A stretch of 64,000 bases of DNA from assembly GCA_938014335.1 (NCBI GenBank), contig CALLRP010000006.1, forward strand, positions 14,226 through 78,225, given 5' to 3'. The notes below the pieces were generated by a model that searched no databases, was not told where the DNA came from, and was given only the letters and a program-made list of their open reading frames with translations. Within the stretch, counting starts at the first letter, position 1, and every line of letters begins with the position of its first letter. Below, in pieces: positions 28,325 through 38,249 of the stretch. The DNA comes from an uncultured bacterium (GTDB lineage Bacteria > Hydrogenedentota > Hydrogenedentia > Hydrogenedentales > Hydrogenedentaceae). The translations under genes and the position numbers were made by a program.

Positions 28325-29292
28325 ATCCCGTATATCTCCTTGTTACATTTGGGACATTTTCCATTTGAAATATTGTTTTGGAGAATGTTATATCCATATC
28401 TTTCAATCAATAAAATTTTACAGAATGGACAGTAAGTATTTGAACTTTCACGGTGTATAATATTGCCAATATATACGAATTGCAATCCCTCATTTTGTGC
28501 AATTTGGCGAGCTTTCAGAAGCGTCTCTAAAGGAGTAGGGAAGAGGTGGGTCATTTTATAACGGGGATAAAACTGGGAAAAATGGAGTGGAGTATCCTTC
28601 CCCAAATTTTTCGCTATCCATGCAGATAATTGTTGTAAGTCTTCATCTTTATCATTCAAGGTGGGAATGACTAAATTCGTGACTTCAAGTTCAACGCCTG
28701 CATTTTTAGTCAGTTCTAAAGTTTTTAAAACAGGTTTTAACGAGCCATCACATACGGTTCTGTAAAATTCCTCTGAAAAACCTTTTAGGTCTATATTAGC
28801 GGAGTGAACAAAAGGTAGCAACCTTTTGTAGGGTTCTTCATTAATATATCCTGCGGTAACAAGAACATTTTTTAGTCCTTTTCCCGCGGATATTTTACAA
28901 CACTCATAAGTATACTCATAATAAGCCAATGGTTCGGTGTAGGTATAAGCGATAGAATGGCTCTTGTACTGAATTGCTAATGCTGTAATCTTTTCAGGGG
29001 CTATAAATTCAGTTTCATATTGATAAGGCTCCGCCTGTGATATTTCCCAATTCTGGCAATTTTTGCAGTGGAGATTACAGCCCACAGTAGCGAGGGATAA
29101 AATAGGTGTTCCAGGCAAAAAATGATAAAGCGGTTTTTTTTCAACGGGGTCAATATGAATAGAACAAGGATAACCATAAGTTACTGCATATAATTTTCCA
29201 TCTATATTAACCCGAATACGACACTCCCCTTTTTGTCCGTTCTCCAGCACACAATAACGGGGACAAAGTTCACATTTGACTAATGTAGTCAT
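28315..29292 (-). CDS. AmmeMemoRadiSam system radical SAM enzyme (PFL-activase-like).
   Basis: The N-terminal Cys pair is CELCPRYC...C. The radical-SAM motif is CNLHCKNCQNWEIS. It is 325 aa and has the conserved C-terminal CPFCKILL / CPKCNKEI zinc-ribbon-like cysteines. Confidence 0.85.
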   Translation of the reverse strand: MTTLVKCELCPRYCVLENGQKGECRIRVNIDGKLYAVTYGYPCSIHIDPVEKKPLYHFLPGTPILSLATVGCNLHCKNCQNWEISQAEPYQYETEFIAPEKITALAIQYKSHSIAYTYTEPLAYYEYTYECCKISAGKGLKNVLVTAGYINEEPYKRLLPFVHSANIDLKGFSEEFYRTVCDGSLKPVLKTLELTKNAGVELEVTNLVIPTLNDKDEDLQQLSAWIAKNLGKDTPLHFSQFYPRYKMTHLFPTPLETLLKARQIAQNEGLQFVYIGNIIHRESSNTYCPFCKILLIERYGYNILQNNISNGKCPKCNKEIYGIWQ

Positions 29293-29509
29293 TGGTATTC
29301 TACCATTGGTGTTTGTCTTTCAATAGTATTATAACGAGAAAAATACAAACAAAGGGAACTTTTTAATTAATTTTGGTGTTAATTAATGAAAATATAAAAA
29401 AATTAAAATATAAAACATTAAATATTAAAAATAATTTGATATATAAATAATTTTATGATAAAATTGTTTATAATTATTAAATAACGATACATTTATAAAG
29501 GGTTTATTG

Positions 29510-29980
29510 ATGAAAGATTACTCATCTGAAGCAAATGAAATTTTTAATACGATTCAGGTGATTCAACGCTGGATGCATGACCGTTTTCACTGCAATTTTG
29601 ATGAAGAGAGAAGGATGAAGATAGGACATGACCTCACAATGCCTCAATTTCATATGTTAGTCACAATTAAACAATTTGAGCCACTGAAATTGAAAGAATT
29701 AGCAGAATATCTTCATGTCTCTCCGCCTGCTGCAAGTTTAATGTTAGACCGCTTGGTTGAATTAGGTTTGGTAATTCGAGAACAATCTGCAGAAGACCGT
29801 CGAGAAATTCAGATACGACTAACTCCAGAGGCGAGTGAAACTTTAAAGTGGCATGAGAGGCAGATTTTATCGGGAATAAAAAAATTATTGCAAGGATTAG
29901 GAGATGAAACCGCCTCTCAATGGGTTGATGTGTACAAAAAGATAAGACAATATATAATTTCTGTTCAGAATAATAAATGA
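29510..29980 (+). CDS. MarR-family transcriptional regulator.
   Basis: The winged-HTH region is LTMPQFHMLVTIKQFEPLKLKELAEYLHVSPPAASLMLDRLVELGLVIREQSAEDRREIQIRLT. It is divergent from the AmmeMemoRadiSam operon and upstream of the RND efflux genes. Confidence 0.85.
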   Translation: MKDYSSEANEIFNTIQVIQRWMHDRFHCNFDEERRMKIGHDLTMPQFHMLVTIKQFEPLKLKELAEYLHVSPPAASLMLDRLVELGLVIREQSAEDRREIQIRLTPEASETLKWHERQILSGIKKLLQGLGDETASQWVDVYKKIRQYIISVQNNK

Positions 29981-29998
29981 ATTCAACGAGGAGGTTTT

Positions 29999-31348
29999 AT
30001 GAGTGATAATGAGATAAAGAGATATATAACAATTACAAAATTAGCATCTTTTTTTGTTGCTATTCTGGTTTTACTATCGGGAGTGATTCTTTTTATTTTC
30101 TTTTCATCGTTTCGAAAACCTCCAGCTCAAGCGGAACAAGAAGAAAGGCCTATACCTGTTGAAGTGATACAAGTCCAGCCCGAAGATATCCCGATTGTTT
30201 TAACTGGTTTTGGTGAAGTCCGAACATTGGCGACAGTCCCTATATCCTCAGAAATTTCAGGTCGTATAATTCGCATCCATCCAAGACTTGAGGCAGGGGA
30301 AGTGATTTCTGCGGGAGAAGTCCTTTTTGAAATTGACCCCAGCGATTATCAGGTGAAACTTCAATCTGCACAAGCAGGGTTAGAACAGGCAAAACATGTA
30401 TTAAAAAGGCTACAAGAACAATTTGCCTCTGACCAGGGAAGGCTTAAGACTTTAGAAAGGACAAAAGACCTTGCCTATTCAGAATTTCAACGAGTGAAAC
30501 AATTGTTTGAAAAAGAGAAGGTGGGAACACAATCTAATGTTGAACAAACAGAGCGAACATACAATCAAACATTAGATGCTTTTAATCAATTAGCCCAGTC
30601 AGTAGAATTATATCCGCTACGAATTAAAGAAGCAGAAGAATCTGTGAAGACAGCAGAAGCACAATTAGCACAAGCAGAAATTAATTTAACACGGACACAG
30701 GTAAAAGCACTTTTTCATGCGAGAATAAAATCGGTTAATTTGGAAGTAGGACAATATGTAAATCCCGGGATGGTCGTGATGACACTTTCCGATGATTCTA
30801 TTTTAGAAATATCCATTCCACTCGATGCTAAACAGGCAATACAATGGCTCCCATTTCAGAAAGATGATATGAATATTGATTCTGCATGGTTCCCTCCCTT
30901 AGAACCTAAAGAATGTGAAATTCTGTGGACTGAAGATAAAGAAAATCATAAGTGGAAGGGAGTACTTCATCGTATTGAAAGATATGACGAAAAAACAAGA
31001 ACAATCTATGCAGTTGTTCGAGTAGAAAAGGGAAATATTTATTCCCAGTCAGAAGACAAGATACCATTAGTTCAAGGTATGTTTTGTCAGGTAAAAATTC
31101 CAGGAAAAACACTAATAGGTATCTATCGTTTACCTGATACTGCAGTAAGTTTTGAAGGGACTGTTTATGTTGCAGAAGATAATCGTCTACGTTCCATTCA
31201 AGTAGAAAGGTTATATATTCAAGGTGATGAGGTTTTTGTTAGTGGGTTAAATCCAGGAACTATAGTTATTACGACACGGTTGATTAATCCAATGGGAAAT
31301 TCATTGTTGGAAATTAAAAAAAGGGGCGATAAGGAAACTGTTTTATGA
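29999..31348 (+). CDS. RND efflux periplasmic adaptor (membrane fusion protein, HlyD family).
   Basis: It has an N-terminal TM anchor, coiled-coil hairpin, lipoyl and beta-barrel segments. A GAGGAGG RBS is present. Confidence 0.88.
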   Translation: MSDNEIKRYITITKLASFFVAILVLLSGVILFIFFSSFRKPPAQAEQEERPIPVEVIQVQPEDIPIVLTGFGEVRTLATVPISSEISGRIIRIHPRLEAGEVISAGEVLFEIDPSDYQVKLQSAQAGLEQAKHVLKRLQEQFASDQGRLKTLERTKDLAYSEFQRVKQLFEKEKVGTQSNVEQTERTYNQTLDAFNQLAQSVELYPLRIKEAEESVKTAEAQLAQAEINLTRTQVKALFHARIKSVNLEVGQYVNPGMVVMTLSDDSILEISIPLDAKQAIQWLPFQKDDMNIDSAWFPPLEPKECEILWTEDKENHKWKGVLHRIERYDEKTRTIYAVVRVEKGNIYSQSEDKIPLVQGMFCQVKIPGKTLIGIYRLPDTAVSFEGTVYVAEDNRLRSIQVERLYIQGDEVFVSGLNPGTIVITTRLINPMGNSLLEIKKRGDKETVL

Positions 31349-34300
31349 ATCAGTTTTTAGGATATTTCGTGGGAAACCGTGTTTTTGCGAATATATTAAC
31401 GGCTGTCATACTTATTGCGGGACTCATTTCGCTAATGTTAATGCGAAGAGAACTCTTCCCTGAGTTTTCGTTAGATATGATAACTGTCCAAGTATTCTAT
31501 CCTGGTACTGACCCTGAAGAAGTAGAAGAAGGGATATGCCGAAAGATTGAAGAGGCTTTAGATACTGTTGAAGGGATAAAACGCTATACGACAGTCGCTT
31601 CTGAAAACATGGGAATGGCAAGTATTGAGGTAATGGATGGTTATGATTTGAATAAAGTCTATGACAAAGTTCGCAACGCTATAGATTCCATTTCTACATT
31701 TCCTAAAGATGCAGAAAAACCGATAACAAATGAGGTAACTATCCGTCGAGAAGTTATTCAAGTGGCATTATCCGGAAATTTGCCTGATAGAACTTTGAAA
31801 GAATGGGCAGAACAGGTAAAAGATGAATTACAAGCATTACCTGAGATATCACAAGTGTTTATTTTTGGTGCAAAACAATATGAGATAGGTATAGAAATTT
31901 CTGAAGAAAGACTCCAGAAATTAGGGTTAACTTTTTCTCAAGTAGCATCAGCAGTTCGTTCCGGAAATTTAAACATTTCGGGTGGACTTATTCGTTCCAA
32001 AGGAGCTGAAATACGAGTTAGAACTATAGGTAGGAAATACTATGCAGATGAATTAGCAAAGATAGTAGTCCTTGCAAAACCCACAGGTGAAGTAATTACA
32101 TTAGATCAGGTAGCAGAAATACGCGATGATTTTAATGAAGACCCATTAGAAGCAGATTACAATGGTGAAAAATCAGTTCTAATTGCATGTTTTAAGACTC
32201 AGGAAGAAGACGATATTGCAATATCTGATGCAGTTCATAAGTATGTAAAAGCGAAACAAAAGCAGTTGCCACCGGGAGTGAAAATTTCTTTGTGGAACGA
32301 TAGAGCTCGACTAATCCGTGCACGATTAAATCTGCTTGAAGTTAATGGGATTCAAGGATTGATCATCGTTATTACACTCTTATTATTGTTGATGAATGCT
32401 CGTTTATCATTTTTCGTTACTTTAGGTATTCCTATATCTTTTGCAGGTGCCCTATGTATTTTATATCTTAACGGAAACACATTAAATATGATGTCGTTAT
32501 TTGGGTTGATTATGGTGTTGGGAATGTTGGTTGATGACGCTATTGTAGTGGGCGAAGCCATATATTACCATCGCCAACGCGGTTTACCCCCTATGAAGGC
32601 AGCTTTAGCAGGAGTTGAAGAAGTGGGTCTCCCTGTAATTGGTGCTGTTACTACAACTATTGCCGCATTTCTACCTTTAATGTTTGTCAGTGGGATAATG
32701 GGAAAATTTATTCGTATTCTACCTATTGTTGTTATTTCTGCTTTATCTGTTTCTTTATATGAATCTCTCTTCCTTCTACCCGCACATCTTAATGACCTCC
32801 CCGATTTATCTCATACTATTTCAAATTCAGATAATCGAAGACATCCTCTGAAAAAATTAAGATGGTTTTTTAGTGATTTCCTTGATTCCTTCATAAACAA
32901 AGTATACCTTCCGTTCTTAAATAATATGTTGAAACATAGATATATTTCGTTAAGTGCATTTATTGCTGTATTATTAACAGTCTTTGGACTTGTCCGTGGA
33001 CAGATTATTAAATTTGAGGTCTTCTCTGAAGTAGATGGGGATTATCTAATGGCACAGGTAGAATTCCCAGCGGGGACACCCTTTCATGTCACAAAAGAGG
33101 CAGTAAAGAAAATGGAAGAGGCACTTACAAGATTGACAGAAAAAACGACTACTATGAGTGGTGAACCTATGGTTCAAAATGTGTATAGCGTTGTTGGACA
33201 GAGTAGCAGTGGTTTTTCTGCTCAAGGAGGTAGTAATGTTGGTGAAATAAGAGTAGAATTATTACCCACAGAGCGGAGGGGAATTCATGCCAAAAAGATA
33301 AGTTCCATGTGGGCAAAAGAAACAGGCGAAATTCCAGGAGCATTAAGACAGAAATATGATATCAGTGGAGGAGGTCCCCGAGGAACAGGCATTGAACTTT
33401 GGTTGAGGAGTGAAAACCTCAACGATGTGGTTCAGGCAAGTCAAGAAATAAAGGAAAAACTTCGGACCTATGACGGCGTATACCAGATTGAAGATGATTA
33501 TAGACCTGCAAAGATTGAAGCACGGTTTTACTTAAAGCCCGAAGCTCAAACATTGGGGATTACTCTTGATTCTTTAGGTAGACAATTAGCAAGTGGTTTT
33601 TTCGGCGAAGAGGCAGTCCGAATTCAAAGAGGTAGAGATGATATTCGTATCCGAGTTCGTTATCCGCGTGAAGAACGTAGTTATCTTTCTATACTAAATC
33701 AAGTTCGTATTCGAACAAATCAGGGGTATGAAGTTCCTTTATTTGCAGTAGCAGATGTAGATTATTCCCCGGGTTTCGCATCTATAACCCGCGTAGATGG
33801 TATGAGAAGAGTAGTTGTAACCGCAGATATTGATTCCTCAAAAGCCAATTCACAGGAGATTATTGGAGATTTAACAAATACATTCTTGCCTTCTCTTCAA
33901 AAGAAATATCCGGGATTAATCTGGTCATTTGAAGGACCTCAACAGAGTAGTAGAGATGCTCTTAATTCATTAAAAGTGGGTTTCCCAATTGCACTATTAG
34001 TGATATTTTTAATCATATCATCCATTTTTCATTCCTATTCCCAACCTATATTGATTATGCTTACAATACCTTTTGGTGTAGTAGGAGCCTTAATAGGACA
34101 TTTAATCTTTGGTCAAATTGTAACGCTTATGAGTTTATTTGGTATTGTAGCACTTGCTGGGGTTGTTGTTAATGATGCCATTGTGTTTATAGATTGTTTC
34201 AATGCTAACCTCGGAGCGGGTAGTGATTTTATTTCTGCTATTATTCAAGCAGGGAAGAGAAGATTCCGTGCTATATTTTTAACTTCAACTACCACTTTTG

Positions 34301-34557
34301 GCGGTTTGATTGGGTTACTTTTTACACGTGATATGCAAGCACAGTTTTTAAAACCGATGGCTATTTCTTTAGCAATAGGCTTGATATTTTCCACAACAGT
34401 AACTCTATTATTTATACCCACCATTATTGGAGTATTAAATGATATTCGTAGAGTATTGTATATAATACGGAAACGAAGAATTCCCAAACCTGAAGAGGTA
34501 GAGCCTGTATTTGCAATGTTAGAACAAAAACGACAATTAGAAAACGGTTCTTTATAA
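31345..34557 (+). CDS. RND efflux permease (AcrB/HAE1-like, 1070 aa).
   Basis: It has a 12-TM topology with two large periplasmic loops. The conserved TM4 region is ...GLIMVLGMLVDDAIVVGEAI. It overlaps the MFP gene with ATGA coupling. Confidence 0.93.
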   Translation: MNQFLGYFVGNRVFANILTAVILIAGLISLMLMRRELFPEFSLDMITVQVFYPGTDPEEVEEGICRKIEEALDTVEGIKRYTTVASENMGMASIEVMDGYDLNKVYDKVRNAIDSISTFPKDAEKPITNEVTIRREVIQVALSGNLPDRTLKEWAEQVKDELQALPEISQVFIFGAKQYEIGIEISEERLQKLGLTFSQVASAVRSGNLNISGGLIRSKGAEIRVRTIGRKYYADELAKIVVLAKPTGEVITLDQVAEIRDDFNEDPLEADYNGEKSVLIACFKTQEEDDIAISDAVHKYVKAKQKQLPPGVKISLWNDRARLIRARLNLLEVNGIQGLIIVITLLLLLMNARLSFFVTLGIPISFAGALCILYLNGNTLNMMSLFGLIMVLGMLVDDAIVVGEAIYYHRQRGLPPMKAALAGVEEVGLPVIGAVTTTIAAFLPLMFVSGIMGKFIRILPIVVISALSVSLYESLFLLPAHLNDLPDLSHTISNSDNRRHPLKKLRWFFSDFLDSFINKVYLPFLNNMLKHRYISLSAFIAVLLTVFGLVRGQIIKFEVFSEVDGDYLMAQVEFPAGTPFHVTKEAVKKMEEALTRLTEKTTTMSGEPMVQNVYSVVGQSSSGFSAQGGSNVGEIRVELLPTERRGIHAKKISSMWAKETGEIPGALRQKYDISGGGPRGTGIELWLRSENLNDVVQASQEIKEKLRTYDGVYQIEDDYRPAKIEARFYLKPEAQTLGITLDSLGRQLASGFFGEEAVRIQRGRDDIRIRVRYPREERSYLSILNQVRIRTNQGYEVPLFAVADVDYSPGFASITRVDGMRRVVVTADIDSSKANSQEIIGDLTNTFLPSLQKKYPGLIWSFEGPQQSSRDALNSLKVGFPIALLVIFLIISSIFHSYSQPILIMLTIPFGVVGALIGHLIFGQIVTLMSLFGIVALAGVVVNDAIVFIDCFNANLGAGSDFISAIIQAGKRRFRAIFLTSTTTFGGLIGLLFTRDMQAQFLKPMAISLAIGLIFSTTVTLLFIPTIIGVLNDIRRVLYIIRKRRIPKPEEVEPVFAMLEQKRQLENGSL

Positions 34558-34585
34558 CATATAGATTTTGGAGGAAAAGTGAAAA

Positions 34586-35185
34586 ATGTTTGAACCTTTT
34601 TTAATTCGATGGCGAAGTTTCTATCATGGATTGAAATTTGCTCAAAAAGGCAAAAAATGTCGTATCCAAGGTAAGCATTTTACAATCGAGGGACATGTAG
34701 AATGCGGGGATTATTGTAGATTCCGTGATTATATAATACTCCGTACACATAAAAATGGAAAAATTATAATGGGGACGCACTCTGTTTTAAGTTATTATAC
34801 AATTTTAGAATCTACTACATTAATCCAGATTGGAAGTAACACTGCTGTGGCAGAGTTTACGGTAATTCGTGACACACATCATGTGTTTTGGGGAACCAAA
34901 GAACATTTTGCCCTAACTCCACATATTGCGAAACCGATCATAATAGGAGATAATGTCCTTATTGGTAGTCGCTGTTATATCCATCCGGGTGTAGAAATTG
35001 GAGATGGTGCGATAATCGGTGTAGGAAGTGTTCTTACTGAAGATACAAAAGTAGGACCTTTGGAGATCTGGGCAGGAGTCCCTGCAAGAAAAGTAGGACA
35101 TCGATTAGAAAATGTCCCACCTAAAAAATTACAACAAACAGAGGAGTTAATAAAACAATATGGAATACGCAAATTCCGATATTAA
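34586..35185 (+). CDS. Hexapeptide-repeat (LbH) acyl/acetyltransferase embedded in the efflux operon.
   Basis: Left-handed beta-helix repeats are present: IGDNVLIGSRCYIHPGVEIGDGAIIGVGSVLT. A GGAGG RBS is present. Confidence 0.8.
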   Translation: MFEPFLIRWRSFYHGLKFAQKGKKCRIQGKHFTIEGHVECGDYCRFRDYIILRTHKNGKIIMGTHSVLSYYTILESTTLIQIGSNTAVAEFTVIRDTHHVFWGTKEHFALTPHIAKPIIIGDNVLIGSRCYIHPGVEIGDGAIIGVGSVLTEDTKVGPLEIWAGVPARKVGHRLENVPPKKLQQTEELIKQYGIRKFRY

Positions 35186-36707
35186 ATATAATATTTGTAT
35201 TATGTGGGCTTTTGTAATATGCGGTTTGATAGTTTTCTCTGCTCATCCACAAGATAATGATTCAGATTCGTTTCCTTTAAAATTAGAAAATACAGAGTTT
35301 ACCCATCAACTCCCTGAATATTTAGATTTACAAACTGCGCAAAAAATAGCATTGGAACAAAATCCATCATTAAAGGCGGTAACAGAACGAATAGAACAAG
35401 CCCGACAGAGAGTAAAACAAGCATTAGCACAATACTATCCGCAAATTATTGCTAATTATACTGCTTCACATACAGAGCTATCCGATTCGGCTATTCGTCG
35501 TTCACAAAATGCGGTATGGCAGCAAAGTTCCAATGCGATTTCTCAGTCTGTATTTAGGGGAACGGGAGGAACAAGTACAGACATATTATCTTCTATTCCA
35601 TGGGAAAATGTTTTAAGTTCCTGGATTTCTGCCTACCAGGCAAGCAATAGTATTCCAGAATCTCAAAACAATTATGCTCTTAATTTTATCATTCGTTATA
35701 CCTTATTTGATGGTTTTGCCCGTAAATATTCTATTGCCCTCGTTAAATTGGGCGAACAAGCAACACAAGAATCCCGACAGGAAGCCATTCGGATGTTATT
35801 ATCTGCTGTTGCGAATAGTTTTTATGCAGTTCAGTTGGCGGAAGAGAATTTACGCATAGCAGAAGCGGATAAATCTTTCAACGAAAGATTGCTGTATGAG
35901 GCACGAGTAAAACAAGAATTAGGGGCAGGCTCATTAAGTGATGTATTAAACTTTGAAGTGCGGTTAAGAACTGCTGAATCGCTGATAATTAATGCTCGAC
36001 AAAATCGTGAAATTGCCCGTATCTCGTTAGCCGGAGTAATGGGATTAAATGCAGGAGTACTCCCTGATTATGTTAAATTAACACCCCTTCAAACAGAAGA
36101 AGAAGGTGATTTGCATGGTCCGGATGTTGATAATTTGTTAGCTTATGCTCTTCAGAATAGACCTGATTTGAGAATTTTAACTTTAGTTGTTCAGCAGTCC
36201 AAAGCACAGGTGGGACAAAGTCGTTCAACTCTATACCCAGAGGTAGGGGTATCTTTATCTCGTTCTGCAACAAGGACAATAGATAGTGAATTCAATGCAG
36301 ATGATTTTGCAACTACTGTGAGTGTAGATATCTCTTACCACCTTTTTTCAGGAGGTAGAAATCGAGCATTGCGAGCGGAGGCGAGAGCTAAACTTAGAGA
36401 AGCAGAACAAAACTATTATGAAGGAAGAATTAATGTAATAACAAATGTGCAAAGTGCTATTCAGGATTTGAAATCTGCTCAAGAACAATTAAGACTTCAA
36501 AGGGAAACCGCTGAATATGTAAAGAAAAACAGAGATTTGGTTGAGCAGGAATATAAAGCCGGTCAAACTTCTTTAGTTCGGTTGAATGAAGCTCAAAGGG
36601 ATTTGATTGAAGCGGAGGGAAGACTGGCTTCTGCACGCGTTGCTTTACTTCGTGCCTGGTATCAATTAAAGACCGTTACTGCACAGTCTCTTGAAGAAAT
36701 AAAATAA
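35160..36707 (+). CDS. TolC-family outer-membrane efflux channel.
   Basis: It has two structural repeats with coiled-coil and beta-strand segments, a signal peptide and the typical ...LDLQTAQKIALEQNPSLKA... opening. An alternative start lies at 35202. Confidence 0.85.
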   Translation: MEYANSDIKYNICIMWAFVICGLIVFSAHPQDNDSDSFPLKLENTEFTHQLPEYLDLQTAQKIALEQNPSLKAVTERIEQARQRVKQALAQYYPQIIANYTASHTELSDSAIRRSQNAVWQQSSNAISQSVFRGTGGTSTDILSSIPWENVLSSWISAYQASNSIPESQNNYALNFIIRYTLFDGFARKYSIALVKLGEQATQESRQEAIRMLLSAVANSFYAVQLAEENLRIAEADKSFNERLLYEARVKQELGAGSLSDVLNFEVRLRTAESLIINARQNREIARISLAGVMGLNAGVLPDYVKLTPLQTEEEGDLHGPDVDNLLAYALQNRPDLRILTLVVQQSKAQVGQSRSTLYPEVGVSLSRSATRTIDSEFNADDFATTVSVDISYHLFSGGRNRALRAEARAKLREAEQNYYEGRINVITNVQSAIQDLKSAQEQLRLQRETAEYVKKNRDLVEQEYKAGQTSLVRLNEAQRDLIEAEGRLASARVALLRAWYQLKTVTAQSLEEIK

Positions 36708-36902
36708 AAAATTATTTATTTCAGCTGTTTATTTCAGCTTTTTGAGGAGAGGATTTTAATACTTTTTATTTATTAACAGAGACAAAATTTTCTATTTTAT
36801 TTACACATCTTGTTTGAATTAAAATTCTGTATATGTCTAAGTGATAAATATTATATTTATAAATTACTTTTTAGTAAATAACATCTAATTGGAGTGTATA
36901 TT

Positions 36903-38231
36903 ATGAATAAACCGAATTCTTATTCTCGAAGGGCATTTGTAAAAAATGTTCTTATGGGAACTGCAGGAATGGCTATTGCCCCTACAATTATTCCTTCTTA
37001 TGTCTGGGGTGCGGAACCTTCTACTTTGCCAAATGAAAGAATTACAGTTGCTTGTATTGGTGTAGGAGGTCAGGGCAAGTATGATATGAAAGCTTTTTTG
37101 AGCCTGCCTGAGGTTCAAGTTGTCGCTGTTTGCGATGTAGATGATACCCATGCACGGGAAGCCCAAAAAATTGTAAATGATTTCTATGCTCAAAAAAAAG
37201 ATATACCTTCCTATAAGGGTTGTGATACATATCATGATTTTCGAGATGTAATTGCCCGTAAGGATGTTGATGCAGTGATGATAGCGACACCTGACCATTG
37301 GCACCCGATCATATCTGTTATGTCTGCAAAAGAGGGAAAAGATATTTATTGTGAAAAACCATTGTCGAACTCTATTCCAGAGGGTAAAGCCGTAGTAGAG
37401 GCTATTCGTAAATATCGTAGAGTGTTCCAGACGGGGAGTCATGAGCGTTCTCGTGATAATGCAAGATATGCGTGTGAGTTAGTGCGGAATGGAAGAATAG
37501 GAAAATTACATACTATACGGGTAAATATGCCTGTGGACAACCATACTCCTATTCCTCCTCAACCCGAAATGCCTGTTCCCCCCGGGTTTGACTATGATTT
37601 CTGGTTGGGTCCTGCTCCCAAAGAACCCTATACAGAAAAAAGATGTCATTTCTGGTTCCGTTATATACTGGATTACAGTGGTGGGGAAATGACTGACCGT
37701 GGAGCTCACATTATTGATTTAGGACAATTAGGTAATGGAACGGATAATACTTTCCCCATCTCCGTAGAGGGAAAAGGTTTTTTCCCGAAGGAAGGTTTAT
37801 TTAATACTGCAATGAGTTATGAATTCCGCTTTGAATACGCAAATGGGGTGGAATTATTAGGGAAAAGTATAGGACCACGCGGGATTAAATTTGAAGGAGA
37901 TAAAGGATGGATTTTTATTTACATCCATGGAGGAGACCTACGAGCGAGTCCTTCTTCTTTACTTCAGGAAACCATAGGACCAAATGAAATTCATTTGGGA
38001 CGGAGTAAAGGACATCACAAAAACTTTATTGAGTGTGTGAAATCCCGCAAAGACCCAATGGCTCCTGTTGAGGTAGGTTATCACACTGCAACAATGTGCC
38101 ACATGGCTAATATTTCTATGAGACTTGGAAGAAAACTAAATTGGGACCCCGAAAAAGAAATGTTTATCAATGATGATGAAGCCAACCGTATGATGCAACC
38201 TTCAATGAGAGCCCCCTGGACATTAGGCTAA
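36903..38231 (+). CDS. Tat-exported Gfo/Idh/MocA-family NAD(P)-dependent oxidoreductase.
   Basis: The Tat signal is SRRAFVKNVLMGTAGMAIAP. The Rossmann motif is VACIGVGGQGKYDM, and a GFO_IDH_MocA C-terminal domain follows. Confidence 0.85.
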   Translation: MNKPNSYSRRAFVKNVLMGTAGMAIAPTIIPSYVWGAEPSTLPNERITVACIGVGGQGKYDMKAFLSLPEVQVVAVCDVDDTHAREAQKIVNDFYAQKKDIPSYKGCDTYHDFRDVIARKDVDAVMIATPDHWHPIISVMSAKEGKDIYCEKPLSNSIPEGKAVVEAIRKYRRVFQTGSHERSRDNARYACELVRNGRIGKLHTIRVNMPVDNHTPIPPQPEMPVPPGFDYDFWLGPAPKEPYTEKRCHFWFRYILDYSGGEMTDRGAHIIDLGQLGNGTDNTFPISVEGKGFFPKEGLFNTAMSYEFRFEYANGVELLGKSIGPRGIKFEGDKGWIFIYIHGGDLRASPSSLLQETIGPNEIHLGRSKGHHKNFIECVKSRKDPMAPVEVGYHTATMCHMANISMRLGRKLNWDPEKEMFINDDEANRMMQPSMRAPWTLG

Positions 38232-38249
38232 ACAAAAAGGAGATGAAAC

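Noticed and set aside
28116-28406. A 96-aa ORF that overlaps the rSAM 3' end and is ATGA-coupled to the MEMO start.
   Set aside because: It has no recognisable features, and 90 nt of it overlap a well-supported gene in another frame. I kept it only as a caveat on the coding assignment of the 28120..28314 gap.
36727-36750. A direct repeat, tttatttcagct x2, downstream of TolC.
   Set aside because: It is a single short tandem duplication with no hairpin potential and no further copies. It is probably not significant.
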